Positions 7,648 through 17,163 of a DNA stretch of 32,000 bases are shown here, in pieces; the stretch's first letter is position 1, and every line of letters starts with the position of its first letter. The translations under genes and the position numbers were made by a program. This DNA comes from Acaryochloris marina S15 (GTDB lineage: Bacteria; Cyanobacteriota; Cyanobacteriia; Thermosynechococcales; Thermosynechococcaceae). The notes under the pieces are model-generated. The model ran no database searches and had not been told where the DNA came from. It saw only the letters and a program-made list of their open reading frames with translations. Where the stretch lies: positions 3,810,001-3,842,000 of the forward strand of contig NZ_CP064923.1 of the NCBI RefSeq assembly GCF_018336915.1, in the 5' to 3' direction.

Positions 7648-10308
7648 ATGGAACAGCTAAAACGTTGGAAAAAGATTAGTTCTCCAGTCAATCGAGAGTT
7701 GCCGCTGCGTTTTATTCTGATTGTTCTATTTGTTCTGCAATTATTGGTTTCTGTTGGCCTCGTAGGCTACTTATCTTTGCGTAATGGTGAAGAGGCGATA
7801 GAGGACTTAGCCAATCAGTTGATGTCAGAGGCAGGAGATCGGATTTCAGAACGACTCAATATTTATCTGTTGACTCCTCATCAAGTCAATCAACTGAATG
7901 CGAATGCCCTCGATATGGGGCAACTCCAGCTCAATGATCTCCAGAGTATGGAACGCCATTTCTGGCGTCAGAGCCAAGTGTTTAAGTTGATTAGCTATAT
8001 TCAATTTGGCAATTCGCAAGGGGAGTTTGTAGGCTTAGCGGTCAATGATGATGGTACGCTCACCTACCAAGTGACTGAAAAGACGGGAGCACTGCAAACC
8101 TATAGTATTGATACCAAGGGCGATCGCAAACAGTATCTTGAAACATCCCCTAATTTTGATGCTCGTCAGCGTCCCTGGTACATTGTGCCTCAACAGGTTG
8201 ATAAATCTGCCTGGACAGAAATCTATCCCTGGGTAAGTCCGCCCACCTTAGCCATCACGTTAGGTCAGCCCTATTATGATACTCAGGGAAAATTCCAGGG
8301 CATTTTAGCGACGGATCTATCCCTGGCCCAAATTAGTGATTTCCTGAAAGAATTGAGTTTGTGTGACTCTGGCCGGACGTTTATTCTGGAACGCTCTGGT
8401 GACATTGTTGCAACTTCATCCAATGAGCTGCCGTTTGTCTGGCGGAATCATCGGCCCGGAAGATTGATGGCTAACCATAGTGAAGATGGTATTGTCCAGG
8501 CTACTGCTACTTATTTAGCAAAGCAAACGGGAGGGCTTCAGCAGATCAATGCTCGACGCCAAACCCAATTCTCTATTGAGGGGCAGCGATATTTTCTACA
8601 AGTGATGCCGCTGCAAGATCAGCATGGATTAGATTGGCTCAGCGTTTTGGTTATTCCTGAGTCTAGCTTTATGGCTCAGATCGATGCCAACACGCGAACA
8701 ACACTGTTGCTCTGTTTTCTAGCGTTGGGGTGTGCGATCTATTTGGGCATTTGTACTGCCAGCTGGATCGCTAGACCCATTCTCCGTTTCAGCCAGGCTA
8801 GCCAAGCAATGTCCTCGGGGCAGTTTGATCAAACGGTTTCTGTTAAAGGATTTAAGGAAATTGGTGTTCTCCAGCGTTCCTTTAATCGCATGGCTGAAAA
8901 ACTGCAGACCACTTTTTGTGATTTGGAAGCGGCCAATCTAGCCTTAAAGAAAGAAGTGGCAGAGCGACAACGGGCCGAAGAACAGTTTAAGCATCTGGCA
9001 CTGCACGATCCTTTGACGGGGTTCCCCAACCGCGCTTTTTTTATGGAGCAATTGGAACGAGCGGTCAAGCAGGCGCAGCGTCATCCCCATTATTTATTTG
9101 CAGTCCTGTTTATTGATTTAGATCGGTTCAAGATTGTCAATGATAGCCTCGGACATCAAGTGGGGGATCAGTTACTAGGTGCGATCGCACATCAGCTTCA
9201 TTCCCTTGTGAGAGCTACAGATATCGTGGCTCGATTGGGGGGAGATGAGTTTGTCATTCTTTTAGAACCCATTGAGGAAGTCAACGATGCCGTGCGAGTG
9301 GCCGATCGGATTGTGCAAGAATTGAGCTCTCCTATTGATTTAGGGAATCGGCAGGTCTTTATTTCAGCCAGTGTGGGTATAGCCCTGAGTTCGCCAGATT
9401 ACAGCCAGGCTACGGATATTCTCAGGGATGCAGATATCGCCATGTATCGGGCCAAAAATCGAGGCAAAGCTTGTTTTGAAATCTTTAATGAACGGATGTA
9501 TATGCAAGCATTGGATCGGTTGCAAGTAGAAAATGACTTGCGGCAAGCCATTGACTACCAACAGCTCCGGGTGTTTTATCAGCCCATTGTCGATATCCAG
9601 ACCGGTAAATTATCTGGGTTTGAAGCGTTAAGTCGCTGGCCTCATCCAACGCGAGGATTTATTACGCCAACTGAGTTTATCCCGATTGCCGAAGAGACGA
9701 GCTTGATTGTCCCTCTTGGGGAATGGATTCTGCAAACGGCTTGTCAGCAGATGGCAACTTGGCTGCAAACCTATCCTGCTGCAGTGCACTACTCCATCAG
9801 TGTAAACATGTCAATTAAGCAACTCAAAGATCCAAACCTGCTCACCAAGGTTGATAGAGCTTTAGAACAATCTGGATTAAACGGTCACCAATTGTCTTTA
9901 GAGCTGACTGAAAGCATTTTGATGGAGAATGTGATCGAATTAAAGGTAATTTTAAATCAATTGAAAGATAGAGGAATTCAACTCAGTATTGATGATTTTG
10001 GTACAGGGTATTCTAGCCTCAGCTATCTCCATCTTTTTCCCTTCAATACAATCAAGATTGATCAATCTTTTATTAATCGGATTGGTGAACAGGGCGAAAA
10101 TCAAGAAATTATTGAAACGATCATTAGCTTGGCCAATCAGTTGAAAATGGATGCTGTTTCGGAGGGGGTTGAATCCAAACAGCAACTCAATTACTTGAAG
10201 AAGCTATCTTGTCAGAAAGCCCAAGGAAACTATTTTTCTCAACCTTTGTCGGGTGATGCCGCTGAAGTCTTTATTCTCAATAATCCTCAGCTAATTCAAG
10301 TTCATTAA
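7648..10308 (+). CDS. membrane sensor diguanylate cyclase/phosphodiesterase (Cache-like periplasmic domain, HAMP, GGDEF, EAL)
   Basis: 886 aa. An N-terminal TM helix, a ~300-aa extracytoplasmic region and a second TM helix are followed by a HAMP domain (RPILRFSQASQAMSSGQFDQ). The GGDEF domain has RLGGDEFVILL. The EAL domain has FEALSRW, DDFGTGYSSLSYL, EGVESKQQ and QGNYFSQP. Confidence 0.93.
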   Translation: MEQLKRWKKISSPVNRELPLRFILIVLFVLQLLVSVGLVGYLSLRNGEEAIEDLANQLMSEAGDRISERLNIYLLTPHQVNQLNANALDMGQLQLNDLQSMERHFWRQSQVFKLISYIQFGNSQGEFVGLAVNDDGTLTYQVTEKTGALQTYSIDTKGDRKQYLETSPNFDARQRPWYIVPQQVDKSAWTEIYPWVSPPTLAITLGQPYYDTQGKFQGILATDLSLAQISDFLKELSLCDSGRTFILERSGDIVATSSNELPFVWRNHRPGRLMANHSEDGIVQATATYLAKQTGGLQQINARRQTQFSIEGQRYFLQVMPLQDQHGLDWLSVLVIPESSFMAQIDANTRTTLLLCFLALGCAIYLGICTASWIARPILRFSQASQAMSSGQFDQTVSVKGFKEIGVLQRSFNRMAEKLQTTFCDLEAANLALKKEVAERQRAEEQFKHLALHDPLTGFPNRAFFMEQLERAVKQAQRHPHYLFAVLFIDLDRFKIVNDSLGHQVGDQLLGAIAHQLHSLVRATDIVARLGGDEFVILLEPIEEVNDAVRVADRIVQELSSPIDLGNRQVFISASVGIALSSPDYSQATDILRDADIAMYRAKNRGKACFEIFNERMYMQALDRLQVENDLRQAIDYQQLRVFYQPIVDIQTGKLSGFEALSRWPHPTRGFITPTEFIPIAEETSLIVPLGEWILQTACQQMATWLQTYPAAVHYSISVNMSIKQLKDPNLLTKVDRALEQSGLNGHQLSLELTESILMENVIELKVILNQLKDRGIQLSIDDFGTGYSSLSYLHLFPFNTIKIDQSFINRIGEQGENQEIIETIISLANQLKMDAVSEGVESKQQLNYLKKLSCQKAQGNYFSQPLSGDAAEVFILNNPQLIQVH

Positions 10309-10471
10309 GTAGCCAACTGATCGTATGGCTTAGGGATTCACGAGTATGTTTAGTAATCATTGAGGTCAAAACAGAGGAGAAATTAACTCTCGCAATGTGT
10401 AAAAGTTGAGAAGTTGGAGTACGGCAACATTGTAAGCCTTAACTTTACGTATTGAGGGGTAATTCTCTCGA

Positions 10472-11560
10472 TTAGGAGGCTATTCGATAAGCCGGAAAAA
10501 ACGTGGATTGTTGAAGTTTCTCAACCGGTACATCAATAGATTGAGCTCGATGTTGGAGTAATTCAGAATAGGCTTCGGGATTGATAATCAGTCTGAGGGT
10601 ATAAAAATCATGCTGCTGCCTAGAAAAGCCGGACTTAAATTTAAATAACCGATCTTCCTGAGATCCTCCTACTCCCCCGCCCAGGTGTAGAAATTCATTG
10701 CCCCGCTCTTTTGCCCAGAGGCGCATATGATGGAGCAATAAGCTAAAGGGAGACTGGGACATAAATGCCGTACGAGTCCCACCTAAGTGGGCTTGAACGA
10801 TGCCACAACATTCAAAAAATAAGCTGGCAGCAATAATTTGGTCGGTATTTTCTACGATGCAGCAGTGCAGCTTGTCACCTAAATTGAGTAAGTCTTCAAA
10901 ATAGTCTTTATTGAAGTAATAGGATTGAGTGGCCGAAACCCGATTCATTGTCTCGGTATAAATGGACGTAAAGACTTCCATGCTCTCAGAATAAGGAACG
11001 ATTCTGGCTTGCAGTCCTAACCGCTTGCACTTATTAATGGTGCTTTGGTGCCCTTTCCTTGTATGGGCCCAAATCTTGGACTCCGATTGCAATAAATCAA
11101 CTGAAACAGTTACACCATCTGGGGTGGCAATAGAGGAATCAAGGTGCTCAATATACTGAGCGCTTAAAATAGGATGAAGTCGAAAGAAAGCTGAACAAAT
11201 ATTTTTAGCTTTAAAAGCTTTAATGACCTCTTTGAGTGCTGACTGAATAAATGCTGGGTCTTTTATTGCTTCTTGACTCAAGACTATTCCCGAGTATCCA
11301 TAGGGAGAGATAATATCGAATATTTCTCCACCTTTTAGATGCTCAGGGTAAAAGTCTTTACAGGAACGAAGCAAGTAAGGTAAAAAAAGTATTTTGCTTT
11401 CTTCTTGAATAATAATCGCTTCAGCAGGAGATTCTAACCGTTTGGATTCAATGGAAACGTATGCAGGTAAGTGATAAATATCATGTCGAATACCATCCAG
11501 AACTTGAAGCCAGAGAGGATTATCTAATGCAAGTATCTGCACATCCATTTGCGATTTCAC
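10472..11560 (-). CDS. FemAB/CelD-like (BioF2-like GNAT-fold) acyl- or aminoacyl-transferase, paralogue 1
   Basis: 362 aa and a paralogue of the upstream gene. Shared blocks are HDIYHLP, SPxGYSG, ICSAFxRLHP, GIVQxxLGGT, LWAKxRGNxxLHLGGGVG, FKxxFS and FFPAYR. The length and block order match FemAB-related transferases found in exopolysaccharide loci. The assignment is from memory of the family pattern, not from a search. Confidence 0.55.
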   Translation of the reverse strand: MKSQMDVQILALDNPLWLQVLDGIRHDIYHLPAYVSIESKRLESPAEAIIIQEESKILFLPYLLRSCKDFYPEHLKGGEIFDIISPYGYSGIVLSQEAIKDPAFIQSALKEVIKAFKAKNICSAFFRLHPILSAQYIEHLDSSIATPDGVTVSVDLLQSESKIWAHTRKGHQSTINKCKRLGLQARIVPYSESMEVFTSIYTETMNRVSATQSYYFNKDYFEDLLNLGDKLHCCIVENTDQIIAASLFFECCGIVQAHLGGTRTAFMSQSPFSLLLHHMRLWAKERGNEFLHLGGGVGGSQEDRLFKFKSGFSRQQHDFYTLRLIINPEAYSELLQHRAQSIDVPVEKLQQSTFFPAYRIAS

Positions 11561-11608
11561 CTATGACTTATATTGCAGACTTGGTAAAAAATGAGTGGAA
11601 TCTAAACC

Positions 11609-12688
11609 TCACTGGGGATTAGATTTGTATCGGTAAGCTGGAAAAAACTGAACAGAGTTTAAATGATCAAGATCAATATTATGGGATTTTGAATGGGATT
11701 CAAGGAGCTGTTTATATTGTATCGGTTTAATGATAATAGATGCTGTATAAAACCCATGCCTTTGTTTCGAGAAATTCGCTTTATATTGATAAAGACCATC
11801 TTCCGTACATCCTACTCCTCCGCCTAAATGGAGCATGGTGTTACCGCGCTGCTTTGCCCACAAACTAGTTTGGTAAAACTCCAAGCTAGTGGGAGAAAGT
11901 TTTAATCCTTCAGGAGTTGTGCCCCCTAATAATCCTTGGACAATGCCAGAACATTCAGAATAGAGTCCAGCAGAAATTATTTTATTTTGGTATTCAACAA
12001 CACAGACAAATAGTTTATGACTAAGATGCTTTTGTAATAGATAAAAGTAATCTCGATTGAATGAAAAAAAGCTGGTCTCAGCCTCGACCCTCTGCATCGT
12101 GGCTTCATAGATATTACAAAATTCAGTGATGTATTCAGAAAATGGCTTGACCTTAGCTATTAACCCCAGTCGTTTACCTTTGTTGATTTTATTCCTCTGA
12201 CTTTTATGGGTATGACTCCAAAGGTCTGATTCTGAAAGCTCTAAATTAATGGATACCGTTTGACCCACTTTTTTGATGAGAATGTCCTTCATCCCTTGGG
12301 GATGAACTGTATTGAGACTAGGGTGAAGGCGAAGAAATGCTGAGCAAATCCCCTGTTCTTTAGCTAAGTGGAGAAATTGCTGCCAAGCATTAGGTCTAAA
12401 TGCTGCATCTTCTAAGGCTGCTGGACTGAGTAAAAATCCAGAATAACCATTGGGGGAAGTGATGTCATAAACTTTAGCGGATGCTGCTGGAATGGAATGG
12501 CAAGCACGTCTTAAATAGGGAATAAGACAGACTTTTTGCCCCTCTGTAATTAGGATTGCTTCTGGAATACTTTGGGTTCTTAGGGCCTCACAATATAGAT
12601 ATTCAGGTAAGTGATAAATGTCGTGAGCGAGGTGAGTCAGGGTGCCTGACCATAAGGGATCGCGCCAATCCAATACTTTTATTTTCAT
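11609..12688 (-). CDS. FemAB/CelD-like (BioF2-like GNAT-fold) acyl- or aminoacyl-transferase, paralogue 2
   Basis: 359 aa with the same conserved blocks as 10472-11560. It starts 6 nt downstream of the PhyH gene's stop. Confidence 0.55.
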   Translation of the reverse strand: MKIKVLDWRDPLWSGTLTHLAHDIYHLPEYLYCEALRTQSIPEAILITEGQKVCLIPYLRRACHSIPAASAKVYDITSPNGYSGFLLSPAALEDAAFRPNAWQQFLHLAKEQGICSAFLRLHPSLNTVHPQGMKDILIKKVGQTVSINLELSESDLWSHTHKSQRNKINKGKRLGLIAKVKPFSEYITEFCNIYEATMQRVEAETSFFSFNRDYFYLLQKHLSHKLFVCVVEYQNKIISAGLYSECSGIVQGLLGGTTPEGLKLSPTSLEFYQTSLWAKQRGNTMLHLGGGVGCTEDGLYQYKANFSKQRHGFYTASIIIKPIQYKQLLESHSKSHNIDLDHLNSVQFFPAYRYKSNPQ

Positions 12689-12694
12689 TACTGA

Positions 12695-13615
12695 TTAAGA
12701 TTCTGACCATAGTTCTGGAAATACATTCGGGTCACTAAAGTCTGGATCGTCGTTGGGGAGGGTTCGACAAAGCTGTTCGTCAAACATATGAATGGCTTGA
12801 CCTTTGTCATTCTTGTAAGGGCGATAGCGGTTGGAGGCATCTTGAAGATGCACTGCGATCGCAAGGCGGTTTCGTTGACTGTGGTTCGGGTAGCTGCCAT
12901 GGATGGTCCAACAGTTATGGAAGCTGACTTGGCCTTTACGTAGGGTGAGGGGAATTTCTTTGATTGAATGATTAATGCCAAGCTGCTGGAGCTGTGTCGA
13001 TAGGGTGGTTAGGTCAGTCTGACTAAAGCCTCGCAGATGCTCTAAGCCTGACCATTTATGACTGCCATCGATCACCACTAATGGCCCCATGTCAACATCG
13101 CAGTCATGGAAAGGAATCCAAGCAGTTAGCAGCTGATCAGAGGTACAGGTGGCCCAGTAAGCCCGATCGGCATGCCAACCGACGCTAGTTTGGGCGGTGT
13201 GATCCTGAGGGGGCTTGTAAACCAGTTGATCATCCAGGAGGCGGATTTGTTGAGTGCCCGCTAATTTTGCTGCAATTGCCCCCACCATTGGCTGGAGTGC
13301 TAATTGCCTCAGGGCTTGACTTTGTAAAGACACAAATTCGTTATTGCGAATAGTGTCAAAGCCGTCACTGGGCTGCCAATTACTGTAGCCTTCGTTGACG
13401 GGAAGAACCGTATCACGCTCCCCCCGGTAGTAGCTTTCCGTGCCCGCGAGCGCTTGCTCAATAACGGTATCCGCAATGACGGGTTGAGAGATAAACCAGC
13501 CATGCTGACGATAGAAATCAACATCTTTGTCCGTGGGTAGCAGAGCCTGTTGCCGGGCACTTAAGGATTGATCCAGAGACTCCCATTGCATAGTAGATAG
13601 GGCTTGAGGGCTCAT
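12695..13615 (-). CDS. phytanoyl-CoA dioxygenase (PhyH) family Fe(II)/2-oxoglutarate-dependent oxygenase
   Basis: 306 aa. The facial triad HxD is in GWHADRAYW and the distal His in TIHGSYPNHS, followed by RLAIAVHL. The Asp is retained, so this is a hydroxylase type and not a halogenase type. Its ATG overlaps the upstream stop as ATGA. Confidence 0.8.
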   Translation of the reverse strand: MSPQALSTMQWESLDQSLSARQQALLPTDKDVDFYRQHGWFISQPVIADTVIEQALAGTESYYRGERDTVLPVNEGYSNWQPSDGFDTIRNNEFVSLQSQALRQLALQPMVGAIAAKLAGTQQIRLLDDQLVYKPPQDHTAQTSVGWHADRAYWATCTSDQLLTAWIPFHDCDVDMGPLVVIDGSHKWSGLEHLRGFSQTDLTTLSTQLQQLGINHSIKEIPLTLRKGQVSFHNCWTIHGSYPNHSQRNRLAIAVHLQDASNRYRPYKNDKGQAIHMFDEQLCRTLPNDDPDFSDPNVFPELWSES

Positions 13616-14256
13616 CGATCTAGGGTCCCCATAAACTCTTCTGAGGTCGCAAAGCCATCTTGATTAATGCCATCTCGCCGCAGCACTTTCCACACCGTCA
13701 GAGCTAGGATTTTGCAATCGAGCCACAGAGACCAGTGGTCAATGTACCAAACATCCATCTCAAATTTAGATTCCCAACTAATGGCGTTGCGGCCGTTAAT
13801 TTGAGCTAGTCCCGTAATCCCTGGTAATACTTCATGACGACGATTTTGTTCTGGGGTATAACGGTCAAGATACTCGACAATTAAGGGGCGAGGACCTACA
13901 AGACTCATATGCCCTAGAAACACATTCCACAATTGAGGCAGCTCGTCCAAACTTGTCTTGCGGATAAATTGGCCAAAGGGCGTCAACCGCTGTTCATCAG
14001 GAAGAAGTTGGCCATTACTATCCCGCTGATTAGTCATGGTACGGAATTTATAGAAGGTAAAAATTTGGCCATTTTTACCAGGGCGAGGTTGGGTGAACCA
14101 GGAGGGCCAACCCATCTTGATGCAGATTGCGATCCCAATGATCCCTAAAATGGGTGTGAGCAGGATAAGGGCCAACAACGCAACTGTGCGATCAATAACC
14201 CACTTCGAAACAATCTGAATTTGGTGATGGACAGAGGAAGAAGCCATGATGATCAA
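13612..14256 (-). CDS. small monotopic phosphoglycosyl transferase (bacterial sugar transferase family, PglC/WbaP-C-terminal/EpsL-like)
   Basis: 214 aa with one N-terminal membrane helix. Motifs: FTQPRPGKNGQIFTFYKFRTM, DELPQLWNV, SLVGPRP, PGITGLAQINGRN and DVWYIDHWSLWLDCKIL. Confidence 0.9.
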   Translation of the reverse strand: MIIMASSSVHHQIQIVSKWVIDRTVALLALILLTPILGIIGIAICIKMGWPSWFTQPRPGKNGQIFTFYKFRTMTNQRDSNGQLLPDEQRLTPFGQFIRKTSLDELPQLWNVFLGHMSLVGPRPLIVEYLDRYTPEQNRRHEVLPGITGLAQINGRNAISWESKFEMDVWYIDHWSLWLDCKILALTVWKVLRRDGINQDGFATSEEFMGTLDR

Positions 14257-15205
14257 TCGTCAAAGTCGCTAAAAGATGAACGGATTATCCTGGTAACTGA
14301 TGTACCCCTCGTCTTGAGATTAGGAGTTAAACAATAAGATTCACTGATTCAACTGCTGTAGAAATATCTTTTGATTAAACCTGAACAGATCTTTAGAAGA
14401 ACTAATATTTTTGTAGATCAAAAAATATTAATTTATTTTTGGATTCAAGATGCTCATTAATCTTTGCATCAGTATAGTCCTTTATGAAAAAAAATTGAAC
14501 TAAATTGATACTGATGATAGTTAGCTTTTAGGAGTCGAAGAGAAAATCCTTTGTGCATATATCAATGGAGCCGGACATAATCGAAGTTAGTAAAGACCTG
14601 AATAACAACAGTGAAGTAGCTGTTGTTTGGCACTAACGTATGTGAAGCCATGGAGCGACTCTTATCATTCTCTATCGTTAGCATAGAAAGTTTTGAAGCT
14701 ATATATCTCTATTCCCTGATAAAGATGGATGGGCTCAAGAGGACAATTGTCAGCCATCGAAAATGATTATGTTCTCCAATCTCAAGTTAAGAGAGTCTGA
14801 GGTTGATTTCTATCGAGAAAGGAGAGGCGGTTTGACGGGGTGATGGCAGTTCAGAAGTGATCATTATCAATTGAATAGACAACTGCATGATTCCAAGTTT
14901 TTCTTATGCTTCAAAGTGTATAAGGGGCAAAGGTTAGCTACTTTTTATGCATTTTATAGATGTTTTGCATCCAACATCAAATTTTTTGTATGAAGCCAAG
15001 AACTGATCTTAATTGACCGTTAATGTCTCTCTGTTAATGAATATGGGACCCCCTTTCTCTGTTAACTTGTGTTCTGGGAGACGAATGATCCTGATTGAGC
15101 CCAAGAACTTCTGGGAGATAAACCAACCTAGAAACCGTCACCTATAGTGGGAGAACATCAGAGCCTTAGGAGCCTGGTAAATCCTTCTCTGGACTGGGGG
15201 CATCT

Positions 15206-16471
15206 ATGTCTCGGCTATTAAAATCCAACCATCCTTTTCGTTTGCTTCTGTATTTGGAATGGATTTTGCTGGGGATTGCCCTATTAACTTTGTTTGTGCC
15301 TTTCCCCCGCCATCATTTTCTGTTGCCCCACGTCATTCCAGGGCGAGGGTTGAGATTTCCCTTAGGGATATTGCTGAGTATTCTGACTCTGGCTGGTTTA
15401 GGGCTCAAATTGCCTATCCATCAATCCCAAAAGGTGAAGGCCTTCTATACCTGTCTGGGGCTATGTCTATGTTGGGCAACGGTGTTTATGGGGGGGCGGC
15501 TCCGAGACTACTTTATCCCGATGCTATTGATTGTGGTGATTCGGGCCTGCTTATTGTTTCCTTGGAAGCAGCGATTGATGGTTGCATCCGTTGCCTATGG
15601 CTCTTTTCTGGCCCGCTTAATGATGGGACCCCAACGTTTTCGTCCACCGCGATTGGGTCCTCCCCCCCCTTGGCGGGGCAGGGGACTATCCCAAGAATTG
15701 GTGGCGAGTTTGCAGTTGCGGAGTGCCCTCTTATTTGGCTTGGTCTTGATCTTTGTATTGCTGATGGTGGGAGCGCTCTTAACGGAGCATCTCAGTCGAA
15801 CAGAATTAGCATCTGCGAATCAGCGCCTGCGGAAATATGCCTTAATGATCGAAAATCAAGCTACCTTGCAGGAGCGGAACCGAATTGCTCGCGAAATGCA
15901 TGATTCCGTTGGCCATTCCCTAACGGCTCAAAGTATTCAGCTCGAAAATGTAGAGGTATGGATGGCCACTGATAGGGCTAAAGCTTCTGATCACTTGACG
16001 AAAGCCCGATCCCTCGGGAAAGACGCACTCCAAAATGTCCGGCATACCGTTGCTACCCTTCGTAATAACCCGCTAAAAGGTCAATCCTTATCCCAAGCCC
16101 TCACCAAAATGACCCAGGAGTTTGAACGCACGACATCGATTCAGGTTCAATTCTCTACTCACCTAGAGACTCCGGTCCCTAGAGAAATGGCTGCAGCTCT
16201 CTATCGTTTGGTGCAAGAAGCCCTGACTAACGTTTCCAAGCACAGTGAAGCGACCCAGGTTACGATTAATTTGACTGAGCAGGAGATGGAGTTGTCTCTT
16301 AAGATTTCTGACAATGGCAAAGGATTTCTGCCGGGGAAAAATACGACGGGCTTTGGTCTTCAAGGGATGCAGGAACGGACAGTGGCCTTAGGCGGTCTAT
16401 TCGAACTACACAGCCAACCTCAAACAGGCTGTCATATTCAGATCCAGATTCCTCGATTAGGAGAAGAGTGA
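15206..16471 (+). CDS. membrane sensor histidine kinase, HisKA_3 (NarL-partner) type
   Basis: Multi-TM N-terminal half, then the H-box MHDSVGHSLTA, the N-box QEALTNVSKH, and DNGKGF with GFGLQGMQER in HATPase_c. Its stop overlaps the response-regulator start. Confidence 0.9.
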   Translation: MSRLLKSNHPFRLLLYLEWILLGIALLTLFVPFPRHHFLLPHVIPGRGLRFPLGILLSILTLAGLGLKLPIHQSQKVKAFYTCLGLCLCWATVFMGGRLRDYFIPMLLIVVIRACLLFPWKQRLMVASVAYGSFLARLMMGPQRFRPPRLGPPPPWRGRGLSQELVASLQLRSALLFGLVLIFVLLMVGALLTEHLSRTELASANQRLRKYALMIENQATLQERNRIAREMHDSVGHSLTAQSIQLENVEVWMATDRAKASDHLTKARSLGKDALQNVRHTVATLRNNPLKGQSLSQALTKMTQEFERTTSIQVQFSTHLETPVPREMAAALYRLVQEALTNVSKHSEATQVTINLTEQEMELSLKISDNGKGFLPGKNTTGFGLQGMQERTVALGGLFELHSQPQTGCHIQIQIPRLGEE

Positions 16472-17100
16472 TGATTCGGGTGATGTTGGTAGATGATCAA
16501 GGGATTGTGCGTGAAGGGCTCTCCAGTCTGCTCAACACAAAACCCGATTTGGAAGTGGTGGGTGAAGCAGAGAATGGTCAAGTTGCCATTGAGAAAGCCC
16601 TAGAAATCCAGCCCGATATTATCCTGATGGATATGCGCATGCCGGTGATGGATGGGGTCGCTGCCACTCAAGCGATCCGACAGCAGGCCCCTCAAATTAA
16701 TATTTTGGTCCTAACCACGTTTGATGATGAGGATTATGTTTCTCAAGCTATGCGGCTAGGGGCAAAGGGCTATTTGCTTAAGGATACGCCCTCTGATGAA
16801 TTGGCAGAGGCAATTCGGGCCGTTCATAAAGGGTATACGCATTTCGGCCCTGGCTTGTTTGAAAAGATGATCACAGCAACGCCAACGGTTGCAGAACCGC
16901 CGGAATTGGCAGAACTGACGCCCCGAGAGACAGAAGTCCTGGCCTTAATAGCAGAGGGCCAGAGCAATCGGGAAATCGCTGAGGCCCTGTATATTTCTGA
17001 ACGAACCGTCAAAAACCACGTTAATAGTATTTTGAAACGCTTAAATTTGCGCGATCGCACCCAAGCTGCCATCCTAGCCACCAACCTACAACAGCGTTAG
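16468..17100 (+). CDS. response regulator, NarL/LuxR (FixJ) family
   Basis: The receiver domain has VMLVDDQ and ILMDMRMPVMDG. The C-terminal LuxR HTH is LTPRETEVLALIAEGQSNREIAEALYISERTVKNHVNSILKRL. Confidence 0.93.
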   Translation: MMIRVMLVDDQGIVREGLSSLLNTKPDLEVVGEAENGQVAIEKALEIQPDIILMDMRMPVMDGVAATQAIRQQAPQINILVLTTFDDEDYVSQAMRLGAKGYLLKDTPSDELAEAIRAVHKGYTHFGPGLFEKMITATPTVAEPPELAELTPRETEVLALIAEGQSNREIAEALYISERTVKNHVNSILKRLNLRDRTQAAILATNLQQR

Positions 17101-17163
17101 CCGCGTAGGTTGGGGCATTTCATACCTGAAATTAAATTCATTTACACCTATAAATTCAGGCCT

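Noticed and set aside
12688-13560. ORFs 12688-12981 and 13309-13560 (minus strand) overlapping the PhyH gene
   Set aside because: They are off-frame shadows of a gene with an intact HxD...H dioxygenase signature.
15259-15903. 214-aa alternative-frame ORF inside the histidine-kinase gene
   Set aside because: It overlaps the TM and linker region of a clearly motif-bearing HK in another frame, and its Gly/Ala/Pro-rich sequence is typical of off-frame translation.
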